Source of the DNA: the human T2T-CHM13v2.0 reference genome, Homo sapiens
NCBI RefSeq assembly: GCF_009914755.1
Contig: NC_060936.1
Length of the DNA: 64,000 bases
Direction: 5' to 3' (one strand)
Under the pieces are notes generated by a model. It saw only the letters and a list, made by a program, of their open reading frames with translations. It was not told the DNA's origin and did no database searches. Below, piece by piece: positions 1 to 15,279 of the stretch. Both the position numbers and the translations under genes were made by a program. Numbering within the stretch: the first letter of the stretch is position 1; each line of letters starts with the position of its first letter.

Positions 1-242
1 TTACAACCAAAGGAAGCCAAGGGCAGCAGCAATTGCTTAGAGACTTCAAATAATCAAATTGCATTTTCATACAAACAAAGACACCAGGCAAATCCACTAG
101 CCCTTCATTCTACCTTCTCAGCATCTCACCCAGCTTTCCCATTTAAAACAATAAACTCAAGCACAGTTGAATAAAGACATATATTTTGGCCTGAGCACCA
201 AATCAAAGGGGTATGGGATGAATGTGCTGTCTCAGCCGCAGA

Positions 243-454
243 TGCACACCTGAACCCTGAGTCTGGAGGCCAGGTGGGTGCACACCTGAACCCTGAGTCT
301 GGAGGCCAGGTGGGTGCACGCCTGAACCCTGAGTCTGGAGGCCAGGTGGGTGTGCACCTGAACCCTGAGTCTGGAGACCAGGTGGGTGCACGCCTGAACC
401 CTGAATCTACCAGGTGGGTGCACCCCTGAACCCTGATTCTGGAGGCCAGGTGGG
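243..454. repeat. 36-bp minisatellite (VNTR), 6 units, fifth unit 32 bp
   Basis: Unit TGCACACCTGAACCCTGAGTCTGGAGGCCAGGTGGG starts at 243, 279, 315, 351, 387 and 419. Confidence 0.95.
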
Positions 455-1429
455 TATATGAATCGTCACATCTCCTTGACATATCACCTGAATCAGAACC
501 ACATAAAGTCTTGTCCAGGTCTAACTGTTCTATTAGACATCCAAGTGGCTTTCCAAAAATAAAAATAGCCTAAGAATTTACAGTGACACATGTTGAAATC
601 CAAAAACCTAAAAGCCTACTGATGACGGCACTCCAGGTGGCTTGGAAATGGGTTTTTTTTTTTTCCTTCTTTTAATCTAAATCATGTTCCCAGACAGTGC
701 CGAGACTGGTATAAATTCTCTTCTGCACTAATCTTTTATATACTTTTATGCTTGTCTGAGATGATTGAACATGACTCATTCATAGTTCTGTTTTCAACCA
801 CTGCTGGTCTCTTCCAGTCAGCCACATCTGTTTTTTTGCAGTTAAAGTCTCCTTTTGTCTATCACTTAATTCTGCAGTGTTCTTAGGAGAAAGGGAGTCC
901 ACAGCAAGGACTGGTCACATGCCAGCAACTGCCACACACAATAGTGGATCCCAGACCATCTGCTCTATTTATTGATGGTGATATGAAATGGGATGTCAGC
1001 TGAATGAGAACTGCCAGCTCCGCGGTGTAGACTGGTGGTTTTCAACTGTTTGTTTTTGTTGCAAACTCTTTCTTTCAAACAAAATTTAAATAAAACTTGT
1101 AAAAGGATTCCTGTTATGGAGTGGGGGAGGGATACACTCTCCCCTTTCCTCTCCAGAGAACTCCCAGAGTATCTTCTCTGAAACTGCAGTGCTCCAGGAA
1201 CATGCTTGACACCACCAGTGTAGACTAAGTTCATGGTATAGTAGCGGTTAACACAGGTTATCTCTAGGTGATTTTTATTTTCTTCTGCTTTTTCTGTATT
1301 TTAACTTATTTATGATGAACATGTATAACTCTGTAATCATAAAATAGATGGAATGTCTTACAGAATACTTGTATGATATTTTTTAAACACATTCTACAAA
1401 GCATCAAGCTAGTTTCTGGATATTGGCTG

Positions 1430-1548
1430 ATAATCATTTGTGCTAATGTGTTCTGGGCACCATTCTTGGCATTGAAGATGCAGTAGTGAGCAAGACAGAT
1501 AGCAGCTGGCCTCAATGACCTGACATTTTAATGGTGGGAAGACAGGCA
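1430..1548 (-). mobile_element. L2 3' fragment (appears to resume at ~4235-4410 after the ERVL insertion)
   Basis: ATGTGTTCTGGGCACCATTCTTGGCATTGAAGATGCAGTAGTGAGCAAGACAG resembles the antisense L2 3' end. Confidence 0.6.
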
Positions 1549-1639
1549 TAGCAGTGTCCTGCCTACATGGCTCTGCAGGGACTCGCTTGGGGATTTGTGC
1601 TTTCCATCCCTGTAATCTGGAGTTCTGTAGGTCTAGCAG

Positions 1640-2190
1640 CTCTAGTACTCAGAGGGAAGAGGCTTCTCCAGAGGACAAAGTAATAATCCCACTATACTCA
1701 AATGGTAGCTGGCCCCCCGTGTCAGTTGGCCAGAAGGCAAAAAAAAAAAAGTAATCACTATGCTGGTGAAGGCAATTGATCATAATCATCATGAAGAAGC
1801 CAGCCTGCAGCCACATGATGGAGCCAGAGAGGTCCATGTATGGTGCTCAGCTGGTTCACTGAGCATCTCTTGCTATTCTCATGCCTAGAAGTAACTGTAA
1901 ATGGGCAATGCAGCCTGATCAGGACATGCAACCATGGCTCAGACCCCTCTCAGATGAGGGTCTGGGCCACTAGGTCAGCCACTTAGACCAGCAAAAGGAG
2001 AGAGGAGTCTAGAATGACTGTTGGAGAAAGGAGATGATGAGTACAAGTGATGACCCTGGGCTAACTGCAGCAGTAGGGCCTCTAGTTCATGCCTTTCTCA
2101 CGTAAGCTTCTTCCACAATTGTGGCCAACCAGAATCCTGGAGAAACCATGCCTGGATAAAGTGAACTTAAGTGAGAAGCAAATGGGTGGA
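1640..2190 (+). mobile_element. ERVL-class internal remnant (ERV3-16A3-like), 3' end with polypurine tract
   Basis: Degenerate ERVL 3' internal motifs (GGCAATTGATCATAATCATCATGAAGAAG, GGCTCAGACCCCTCTCAGATGAGGGTCTGGG), ending in AAATGGGTGGA directly before the LTR. Confidence 0.65.
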
Positions 2191-2462
2191 CTGCAGCAGA
2201 TGCAGGTGGTGCCCCACAGAGACCCTCCTTACTGGAAGGTGCCCTTGTCCCCCATCTGCACTGTTGTTGGCTGATAACTCATAGTTGTCATGCTCAGGCA
2301 AATCAGAGACACCTCTCCTAGAAGGCTAACCTACCCTCCCCTTCTGAGAGACTAAATAAATGGCATGGAGTACAAAAGCCCAGCCCCCACGCCTCAAAGG
2401 AGAACCAGCTCCATGGTGCGATTTATGTTTTGGAGCTCCCCATGGGATCGGACTGAAGTTGT
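2191..2462 (+). mobile_element. LTR16C-like LTR, 5' part
   Basis: TGCAGCAGATGC start; GTACAAAAGCCCAGCCCCC and GAGCTCCCCATGGGATCGGACTGAAG match the LTR16 consensus as I recall it. Confidence 0.75.
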
Positions 2463-2469
2463 CTCCTAT

Positions 2470-4092
2470 CACGTTTTTTTGGATACTTTGTATTACTTAA
2501 ATTGACAAAATTTGCATATAAAATACAGATAAGAAATATAAAATTCCATGAGTTTTGACAAATATCTGCCAGTAATACCACCCCCATCAAAAATATTTCT
2601 ATCACCATCTCCTGCCCACTTCCAATACATCCCAACCTTTTTCATAGCCATTTTTTTTCCGATTTTTAATCAACATAGATTTACTTTATTCTTGAACTTC
2701 ATATACATGGAATCATGCAATATGAACACTCTTGCATGTATCTTCTTTTATCCAATGTAATATCTTTGAGATTAAGATATGCTATGTGTATCAGTAATTC
2801 ATCTTTTATCATACATATTTTACTGCCAGAAGCAAGTCATCTGCTATTGCTAAGTAGTATTCAATTGTATAAATATTCAACAATTTATTTTTCTGAGACA
2901 GGGTCCCGCTCTGTCACCCAGGCTGGAGTGCAGTGGTATGATCATGGCTCACTACAGTCTTGACATCCAGTGCTCAAGCAGTTCTCCTGCCTCAGCCTTC
3001 CAAGTAGCTGGAACCACAGGCGCACACACCACCACACCTGGCTACTTTTTTGTGTGTGTATAGACAGGGATTTCACCATGTTGCCCAGGCCGGTCTCGAA
3101 CTTTTGTGCTCAAGCAATCTTCCTGCCTCAGCCTTCCAAACTGCTGGGATTACAGGCATGAGCTATTGTGCCCAGCTGTCCTATCTTCCACTGATGAAAA
3201 TTCAGGTTTATTCCAATTTATAGCCATTATGCTATCAAAATTCTTGCACATGATTTTTGTGAATATATACTTTTATTTCTCCTTGGTAGATAAGTAGGAA
3301 TGGAATGACTAGGTCATAAGGTGGATGTGTAACTTACAAGAAACGTTCAGTTTTCCAAAGCGGATGTACCATTTTACACCAACAATGTGAGAGTTAAGAG
3401 TTGTTCGACATCCTCGTCAACACTTGGTGTTATTAGATTTTGAATTTTACCCATTCTAGTGAATGTGAAACGATATCTCACTGTGGTTTCAACTTGCATT
3501 TCCCTAATGGTTAATAATATTGAGTGCTTTTCCACGTGCTTACAGACCATTCATGTATCTTTTCTTCTAAAGTGTCTCCAAGTCTTTCTCCCATTTATCT
3601 TTTTATCAATTTGTGTAGGGTTTTAAATATATTTTAGATACAATTCCATGACAGATACATGTGTTAAGAGTAATTTCTCCTAGACTGTGCCTCGTCTTTT
3701 CATTCTTATTGGGGTCCTTTAATGAAAAAGAACTTTTAATTTTGATGAAGTGCAATTCATCTATTCTCATTTTTGATCAGTGAATTTTGTGACTTTCCTA
3801 AGAAATATTTTGCCTTCTCTAGGGTGACTTAGATAGTCTCCAATGTTTTTCTTCTAGAATTTTTGTAATTTAGCTTTCATATTTAGGCATACAGCCCTTC
3901 TCAAATTAATTTTTGTGTGTAATACAAGGTAGGTGTGGAGAATTATTTTCAAATATTTGTTGAGTCATTCCAGTGCCACTGGCGGAAAAGGCTTTCCTTT
4001 TCCAATGGTGTTGGGGCATTTGTTGAAAGTTATGTGAGTATGATTCTATTTCTGGATTCTGCTCCATTGGTCTATTTGCTTATCCTTGAGAT
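2470..4092 (-). mobile_element. Old L1M (L1ME/L1MD-type) fragment inserted in LTR16
   Basis: Antisense L1 ORF2/3' motifs: TTTTCCAAAGCGGATGTACCATTTTACA, TTGCATTTCCCTAATGGTTAATAATATTGAG, TTTTAATTTTGATGAAGT. Confidence 0.8.
2884..3177 (-). mobile_element. AluJ
   Basis: Full antisense Alu with J-type GCTCAAGCAATC and ATCATGGCTCAC. Confidence 0.9.
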
Positions 4093-4094
4093 TG

Positions 4095-4234
4095 TATTCT
4101 TGTTCTTGCTTGGCTTTTTTCCCTGTCTTATCCTGTCTCCCTCACTGCTCCCCCGACCCCGAAAGAACCACCTTAATAAATCACTTGAATTACATTCCCA
4201 TTTCAGGCTGTTTTCAGGGAACTGGATCTAAGAC
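4095..4234 (+). mobile_element. LTR16C-like LTR, 3' part
   Basis: AATAAATCACTTG...CAGGCT...GGGAACTGGATCTAAGACA terminus. Confidence 0.75.
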
Positions 4235-4616
4235 AACAGACAACAGACATGCAAGTTAATAGTTAAATGAGATACTTTTGGGTGCTAATTAGTGTTAGGA
4301 ATAAGATGAAACATGGTGATACTGTGAAAAGTAACTAGCTTGCAGGGAGTAGAGTTCAAAAAAGGCCTCTCTGAGGAGGTGGCATTGAAGTCAAGTTCTG
4401 AGTTTTGGCAATATATTTGGGCGGTTGAAGTGCAGCAATACAGCCATCATTAGAGCCAAGAAGTTCTAGGAACAGACATTAGGGTGTTGGGTGGTTCGTC
4501 AATGTCATGCTGAAGCCACTGAGCATGATAGTAAAAGTGATGGTGGAAAGGGAGCCAGAGAACTAGATGCTAACCCAGGCAGGAGTCTATTCAAAAGCTC
4601 TTTAAATTAGCTAGGA

Positions 4617-4735
4617 TTTTTTTTTTTCCTTTTAGAGATAGGGTCTCGCTCTGTCGCCCAGTCTGGAGTGCAGTGGTACAAACATAGTTCACTGCAGGCT
4701 CAAACTCCCGGGCTCAAGCCATCCCCTTAGCTGGG
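4617..4735 (-). mobile_element. Truncated AluJ right arm
   Basis: Poly-T followed by GAGATAGGGTCTCGCTCTGTCGCCCAG. Confidence 0.85.
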
Positions 4736-5776
4736 GATTTTGGAGGAGGACGGAGTAAAGAGGATTTCCAAGTATCCATGGGAAACATGAAGGACACCTA
4801 CCTAATCTCCAGGTGCTGAGTCCTGGGGAGTCGGGAGGAAACCACAGCCTTGACACAGAGGCTATAGTGAAACCAGTTTTCATTTGGAGCAAGAATTTGA
4901 GGGGATGTTCCAGAGAAGATATTTAGGGTGTAGAGAAGTGTGCAGATCATGGGTCATATGCTCCAAAGGGCACAGTAGAGGGGCCCATGTGCAGAAAGAT
5001 GTAGGAGAGGGAGTCATATTCGGGATGTGGGGAGGTGGGTGGGAAGGAGAATCCTGTGATGGGGACATTGGGGTCTTGGACTTCTAGGTGTGTCGGTAAT
5101 GAATAGGATTGATCCTGAAAATAAAGCATGAGGTATTTGAAGATTTCATGGGCATCTACTGAAGACATAATGGCAGCCAGCAGTGTCCAGTCATTAAAGA
5201 CATCAGGAAGGCTGGACAGGACCAATATCCTTCATATCAATGTTTCTTAAACATCAGTAGACCACATACAACCATCAGGATTTTTGACATACTTGCAAAT
5301 CACTGTATATTTACATAGTAATTTGCTTTCATTTAAAACTTAAAAATTACTAAGAAAAAAAGAATATCCTTAAAATCTTAATTTGATGTGCTGACTATAT
5401 TTTTGAATACTCATTAAAATAATTTGATTGAAATAAAAATTAGATACGCTAATATGATCCTGAGTATCTGACCACATTTGGTGAAATATTATTACACTAT
5501 GTCAGAGTCACAGTCATATTCTATAGGTCACTCCTGGTAGATACTAAAGTCATTGATTAGACTGCAGATGTCATAGTGAGTCAACAAGGAACCTAAAGTT
5601 GAGGGAGGGGTAGAGGGAAGAAAACCATTATTATACATTGTGATAAGTGTTATGAGGGTGGTGGAGGGCATGAAAGGAACCCACAATGGAAAGAGAAAGC
5701 CCTCGAGTTTAGAAAAGTGCAGGTGAAAAGTGTATCTATTAAGGTTGCTTTCTGGCAGGTCCGACTTGGCTTTGAC

Positions 5777-5870
5777 CAATGGTTCTCAAGTTGAAGCATG
5801 TGGCAGAATCACCTGGAAGACCTGTTAGAACAGATTGCTGGGAGAACTTGTTAAAACACAGATTTCTAAA
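5777..5870 (+). mobile_element. MER5A fragment (hAT-Charlie)
   Basis: CAATGGTTCTCAAG...CAGAATCACCTGG...TTGTTAAAACACAGATT. Confidence 0.65.
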
Positions 5871-6024
5871 ATTTATTGATGACATGCCTAGATGTGGGTC
5901 TTTTGTCATTCATCATGCTAGGTACTAGAAAGATCCTTTAAAGTCAACATTAATGTTTTTATTTTTTTATTTTCTTGTATTATTTCTTTATAACTTGCAA
6001 CTCTTTTTCCTTTTTCTTGCTGGA

Positions 6025-6502
6025 TTTTTTTTAATTTCCATAGGTTTTTGGGGAACAGGTGGTATTTCATTACATAAGTTCTTTAGTGATTTGTGTGATT
6101 TGGGTGATTCTGTACCCCCACTATACACTGAACCCTATTTGTAGTGTCTTTTATCCCTCACCCCCTCGGCCCTTTCCCCCAAGTCCCCAAAGTTCATTGT
6201 GCCATTCTTATGCCTTTGCAGCCTCATAGTTTAGCTCCCACTTATGAGTGAGAACATCTGTTTGGTTTTCTATTCCTGAGTTACTTCACTTAGAATAATA
6301 GTCTCCAATTCCATCCAAATTGCTGCAAATGCCATTAATTCATTCTGTTTTTATGGCTGAGTAGTATTCCATTTATATATATGCCACAGTTTCTTTATCC
6401 ACGTTGATTGATGGGCATTTGGGTTGGTGCCACATTTTTGCAATTGCGAATTGTGCTGCTATAAACATGCATGTCAAGTACCTTTTTCATATGACTTCTT
6501 CT
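6025..6502 (-). mobile_element. L1PB-type 3' end
   Basis: CCATAGGTTTTTGGGGAACAGGTGGTATT, TTAGCTCCCACTTATGAGTGAGAAC, TTCCTGAGTTACTTCACTTAGAATAA. Confidence 0.85.
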
Positions 6503-7366
6503 GAACTTAATCAGATGTTGAACTGCCTGGATTAATTAATATTGTTTCACTTTTACTTTTTATCCCTTCATATTTAACTTCTACTTCTAGGACTTTTTCT
6601 CAACTTTCTCTTCCAATTCCTCTATTGAGTGTTTTCTTCTTGATGTATTGATACATGTATGTATTTTTGAGAGCGCTTAGTTATTCTGAGTGCTCTTTTT
6701 ATGGCATCCAGTTCTTGTTTCATGATTTTAAAGAAACTAATTCTGATGTTTATAGAAACGTTTTTCTACCTTCTGAATTGTCTATGTATCCTCTGAGTTC
6801 CACTTTCCTTCTGATTTGTTAGATTTGACCTCTGCATGTCATTTGTTATATGAGGCACTAAAAACTGATTGAAGGTTCCGTCTGTTTAGGTGGAGCTTTC
6901 AACTTGTGGGCTTCGTGGGAGGGCAATAAGGTGGCAAGCTAGCTCCTTCCTCGAGGGACACCCAGAAAGCATTTTCTGTGGGTGTTGTAGCTGGGATGCT
7001 CAGTCGTCCCAGAGAGGACCTCTGGCTACTGGTTGGAGGCCAAGTGAGGGAAGTGAACAGGGGCCTTTCTGTTCACCATGCAGATTTTCACTGGATCTTC
7101 CTGTTGTCAGTTCCATGTCTCTCCCCATCCTCAAGGTACAAACCTCCACATTTTAGCTAAAGTAAAGGGAAAGCAGTCCCCTGCATTTGCAGTGTTGGAA
7201 AGGGGATCTGAGAGCCCAGCTCCCCTTATGTATCTTTTCATCTATTTTCAGCCCATCTCTCATTCCCAAACTCAGCAGTAACTGGTGTCTCCAAATTTTG
7301 AGCTTCTCTGAAAAGCTAAGAGTACAAATCTGTTTGCTCATGGTTGACTTTTTTACCCATCCCTCC

Positions 7367-8040
7367 TGCATCAGTTATCTGCTGCTACACAATAAATTTC
7401 CCCAAAACCTGATGGCTTAAACACCTTCTATTTTACAGTTGCTTGACTCTGACTCATGGTTTCTATAGGTCAGGAGATTGGACACAGCTTATCCAAGTCC
7501 TCTGACTCCTGGTCTCTCACAGGCTGTAATCTAACATATCTGCTGGGATGCAGTCTCGTTTCAAAGATCAACGGGGGAAGAAACCACTTCCAACCTTGCA
7601 CACATGGCTGTTGGCAGGATTCAGTTCCTCATGAGCTACCTGATTCAGAACCTCAGTTGCTCAGTAGCTAGAGGCCACCCTCAGTTTCTCCCAGCCGGGG
7701 TTTCTCTTTAGGGCATCTCACAACATTGCAGCAAGGAAATAGGAGAGCTAGAGAGTACAGCACTGCGGGATGACCATAGTTAGCAATAACATCTGAAATC
7801 GTTTCAAATAGCTAGAAGGAATATATTGATATTCCCAAAACAAAGAAATAATACATGTTTGAGATGGATATGCTAATTACCTGATCAGTTCACTACATAT
7901 TGTAGGTATGGAAACATCACTATGTACCCCATGAATATAAAGTTATTATATGTCACTTAAAAATAACTATAAACCAAAAGACAAAGAGAGGGATACAGAA
8001 AGGCCACCCAAGATGAGAATCACAGTCTGTGAAATCTAAT
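7367..8040 (-). mobile_element. MLT1 (E/F-like) MaLR LTR interrupted by an L1MA fragment
   Basis: TGCATCAGTTATCTGCTGCT start; TTGGCAGGATTCAGTTCCTC; GAGGCCACCCTCAGTT. Confidence 0.7.
7755..7985 (+). mobile_element. L1MA 3' end
   Basis: TTCAAATAGCTAGAAG, GATGGATATGCTAATTACCTGAT, CATCACTATGTACCCCATGAATAT. Confidence 0.8.
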
Positions 8041-8374
8041 GTCTTCTATTTTCTTTGAACTTATAGGTTTGTGCTCTTGAAGATTTATTTACTGTCATTT
8101 TTAGTGAGCTTCCAGTAGGATCTGAGATATGTAAGTTTTCAATTAACCAAGGTAATGATGTTGACTGTTCATAGAATTACTTACGAAGCCATACAAACAA
8201 GTCTTTACAAACCTCTAAGATGGAAAGTGATTTGTAGAGAGAGGAAGATGGACACACTACATATCACCATCTATCACTGCTTTGGCCACTGTGGTCCACC
8301 AGCTGTTGTCATTTCACAGTGAAGATTTTTGTGTGTCCAGAGCAAAATGGGAACAATGAGGGGAAGAAATTTGA

Positions 8375-8727
<353 letters not shown>

Positions 8728-8815
8728 TGAAAATGTCTTTCCAAGTCTTTTGGTGTTAACAAATGTGTTTTTAAAAAAATGAACAGATGATTTTACATGG
8801 CAAGGATTTTTTATT

Positions 8816-9454
8816 TTTTAGTTTCTGTCAAAACAAAATTGACAACCTTATGTTAGACCCTCTAATTTTTTAAAAATTACTCTGGTGTATAGGATACCAA
8901 AGTCTGGAAACTATTGTACTCAAGTATTGTAGCAGTGCTGTCAAACGGGTTTCACCTCCCTTGCCCACATCCCGGACCACTATGCCGAGTGGGATTCTGA
9001 GGCCCTGTGTGATCTTACAGGGAAGCCTGCTCACAAAAAAATGCCCTAAGGATACCAGAGAGAGAATGTGGTGGCTGGGACAAACACCCACTCACTGCAG
9101 AAAACAACTCATTGTAAGGACCACAGAGATGGCATCGAAGACAGAAGCGATCATCTTATTATAAAGTAGATGCTGCTTATTGCAAAAATGTGGAACCAGC
9201 CCAAATGCCCAATCCACAAGTGGATAAAGAAACTGTGGTGTGTGTGTATATGTATGTGTATGTGTGTGTGTGTGTGTATTTTAGTTTCTGTCAAACAAAG
9301 TTGACAACCTTCTGTTAAACCCTCTAATTTTTAAAAAATTACTCTGGTGTATAAGATACCAAAGTCTGGAAACTATTGTACTAAAGTATTGGAGCAGTGC
9401 TGTCAAATGGGTTTCTCCTCCCTTGCTCACATCCCGGACCACTGTGCCGAGTGG
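8816..9454 (+). repeat. ~177-bp direct duplication (8816-8992 and 9279-9454)
   Basis: Both copies run TTTTAGTTTCTGTCAAA...CCCGGACCACT(A/G)TGCCGAGTGG; about 12 differences by eye. Confidence 0.95.
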
Positions 9455-9609
9455 CATACATATATATGATGGAATACTACTCAGCCATAAAAAGAAATGA
9501 ATTAATGGCATTCACAGCAACCTGGATGGAATTGGAGACTTATTCTAAGTGAAGTAACTCAGGAATGAAAAACTAAACATTGTATGTTCTCACTTATAAG
9601 TGGGAGCTA

Positions 9610-9953
<344 letters not shown>

Positions 9954-9967
9954 GAATGATACAACGG

Positions 9968-10333
<366 letters not shown>

Positions 10334-10637
10334 TCAGTGTATACTGCTCTGGTGATGGGTGCATGAAAATCTCACAAATCACCACAAAGAAACTACTCAT
10401 ATAACCAAATACCACCTGTTCCCCAAAAACCTATGGAAACAAACAAAAAAAAAACACCCAAGTTCTCCTAAAAAATGACAGCATCCATCAAAAAATAAAA
10501 ATAAAGTAGATCCCGCTTGTCCATAGGAACAATGGTATAACTGGTGGACCTGGCCAATGACGAGGTGAGACTGAAGCAAAGCCAAAACATAACAGGTAGC
10601 AGCACTATGCATATAACAATTATAAAATGTGAATAGC

Positions 10638-11352
<715 letters not shown>

Positions 11353-12012
11353 TCATGAGAGTGTACACGCATGGGCTAGACAAGGTCAGGAATGATTTGC
11401 AAGGAAATGGCTACAGCGATTCTCCTCCTTCAGGGGGTGCTACTGATGACTGGGGAACCAGAGAGGGAGGGAGACTCACTTTTAACTGTTATCCTCTTTG
11501 AATCCTTTAAGCCATCTGTGTGTCTTGCCTATTCAAAAATACATTTCAAAAACATAAAACCACCATTCACTACCATTTCATAAGAGAGAGAAGGCACTGG
11601 CCAATCCCCAGAGGGAAAGAAAGAAGGACACCACATCAGAATAAAAGATATTCTTCCCCATAGAGGAGAGGTGGCAGCTTTACACTGGATCAGAAACGAA
11701 GTGTACAGTTACAGTTTCCTTTTTTTCCCAAATGCAAGAAAAGTGACTTTTATTTTGCTGTATTACATCGCATGTAACTGTCAAGAGAGAAGTGTTGTTT
11801 GTGGAGGACTCTAAGGCAGTATAGCTTGAAGAAAATCCCATCCAATTTATTCTGGCCAAAGACTTTCATCATATCATTGTCTGAAAACCCACTTTCCCTG
11901 ACGAATGTGGGAACCACTGGAATTAACACTCTCATTGATCTTTCACTGAGTCTTAACTATTCTGGGAAAAGCTGTAAGAATTCAGGAATCAAGCCTGTAA
12001 ATCTCTGGTTAC

Positions 12013-12106
12013 CTCCCCTGCCCTCTCCCTGCGGGGCCAGGACAAAACAGTGGCTACAGGTTCCAGCCAGCAAGTGTTACAATGAAGACATATTTCTTGG
12101 ATTAAT
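12013..12106 (-). ncRNA. Candidate 94-nt internal exon of a minus-strand spliced non-coding transcript
   Basis: Minus strand: acceptor CTTTGTTTTGTTTTCAATAG|ATT, donor GAG|GTAACC; unique sequence; only a tiny ATG ORF (MSSL*). Confidence 0.5.
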
Positions 12107-12189
12107 CTATTGAAAACAAAACAAAGCCAGACCAATCTCTAACCTACCACCTGCCCCTTTAAAGGTCTATTACGGTCCCAAAACAGCCA

Positions 12190-12315
12190 TGTGAAGTAGC
12201 TACCGCATCATCCACTTGACAAAGGAGAAAACGGAAGCTCAGAGTAGTTAAATGACTTACCCAGGAACACACAGCACTTAAGGAGCAAAGACAAGGGTCA
12301 AGCCCAGCTCAGCCC
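12190..12315 (-). mobile_element. MIR
   Basis: GGAGAAAACGGAAGCTCAGAGTAGTTAAATGACTTACCCAGG. Confidence 0.7.
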
Positions 12316-12656
12316 GACGACCAGCCTTCCTCACTTGGAACCTGGCATACACTTGGTAGGTGCTCACTTAGTGTTGGTTCTTGTCTCCCATGTTTACTCC
12401 CACTGGGTCCTGCCAGGAGTATGGTAGCCAATGGAAGGTGAGACGGCCAAGACTCAGGCCTGAAACTGTCCTTGTGTTTGGGGTTGGGAGGGGGATGTGC
12501 ACTGGCCAGTCTTTGGACTTGGTGCTGCAGACAGCCCCACGCCTAGCTGGGTTTCTCCAGAAACACAGACCCTTTGTCAGGGCCCCATGGTCCAAGCACA
12601 AGTGAAACTCACCCTAAGAAATGACTGAGGGACATCAGGCCCCACGGCTTCGATGA

Positions 12657-13031
<375 letters not shown>

Positions 13032-13494
13032 TAATAAATGTATGCAGTCAAAACCTAATTCACCCAGGCTCTGACTACCTCTCCTCCTATCCCACCCCAA
13101 GCCTGGAAACCCTTTCTTACATATTAACACGTAGCCTCTAAGCTGAGAGATTAAAGAAGAGGCGGCCTTCTTATCTCAGGTTGGAGATTTAGAGCGGCCT
13201 TCCTGGTAGAACTGTAACAAGATCCCTTCATGGGAAGAACTAATCACCGTGAAAGCTTTTGACGGTAGAGGGGATGTGAAGAGCAGAGAGAGAGAGCTGC
13301 AACCAGCCAGGCTCTTTTTCCACAGTGTCCCACACAAGGGAACACCTTCACCTGCTGGATCCTGTGGTGCTCAGCCTGACCTTAGCTGCAAAGCAAGGGG
13401 CTGCAGGTGAGGAAGGGCAAAAGATGGCCAGATCCATCTCACAGATAAGGTCCATCAAGTCTCAGAGGGGCAACATATGAGATGGCACTCCTAA

Positions 13495-13803
<309 letters not shown>

Positions 13804-13807
13804 AAAT

Positions 13808-14296
<489 letters not shown>

Positions 14297-14419
14297 TCAG
14301 TCATGGTGAGGGTATTACAGCATGGAAATCAGCACACATAAAATTCAGAATTGTTTGTTTTGGGTTTGTCTCCCCAGAGAACTAGCTTACCAACACACCA
14401 CTACATGAGAAGGTAAAAG

Positions 14420-14610
14420 TACTTCAGACTGAAGCCAGAAAGCCTTGGGTTCACATCCTGGTTCTTCCTCAGTAAGCCTGTGACCTTGGCAAGATATTTA
14501 ACCCTGTGGGCCTCAGTTTCTTTATCTGTAAAGTGGGGCTGATACTAGTGACTGTGTCAAAGGGCATGTGAGGACTAAATAGGATGTGTGACATGGTTAG
14601 CATGGGCCTC
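14420..14610 (+). mobile_element. MIR
   Basis: TGTGACCTTGGCAAG...GGGCCTCAGTTTCTTTATCTGTAAAGTGGGG. Confidence 0.8.
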
Positions 14611-15279
14611 GCTGGTACTGAATCCATGTTAGCCATCACTGCAATTAAAATAGTAATCATCTGTTCATCAATTTCCTTCTCACAGACATTTCTTTTTACT
14701 GTCCAGAATGTAGGCAAATTTTCTCTTTGGAATCCCACTTCCCTGCCTATATGATATTAAGGCAGAACAAGAGAACCTAAAAAAATGTGAACATTAGGCC
14801 CAAAAGTCCCAGAATGAGGTCCCAGCATCTCCGTCACTTACTAGTGGCAGAATCTTGAGCAAGTCAAGAGTCCTCTGAACCCTCTACCTGTAAGGCTGCC
14901 AGAAGGATTCAATGAGCTACAGGTTTGCAAAGCACACAGCACCATTGCCCAGAGCAGGTGCTTGCTAAGTGGCATCACATATGATGATATTGACATGAGG
15001 AATCATTTTCATGGCCCCCCTGCTACCAGATTATGAGTTCTGCAAAGGCAAGCTCTGTGCCTAACACATAGTAAGTGCTCAATAAATTCTCATAGAGGGA
15101 AATCAGTCCCCCAGAATTAACAGCTGTCCTGCCCACCTCCACTCTCCAAAGAGGCCATCAGCTTCATCTAAGCAGCTGTGCTGCTGTGGGATGGGTTTTG
15201 CGTTTAAAAGGAGCCAGAAGAATTGGCATCCATCTAGGCAGTGCCTTCAGAAGCCTATGACATCACAAGACAGAAGTCA

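Noticed and set aside
243-454. CRISPR-like regular repeat
   Set aside because: Units are contiguous with no unique spacers; eukaryotic minisatellite, no cas genes
126-482. 118-aa ORF with 12-aa repeats
   Set aside because: Explained by the stop-free 36-bp VNTR; a 4-bp deletion changes the repeat peptide mid-ORF; no recognisable protein
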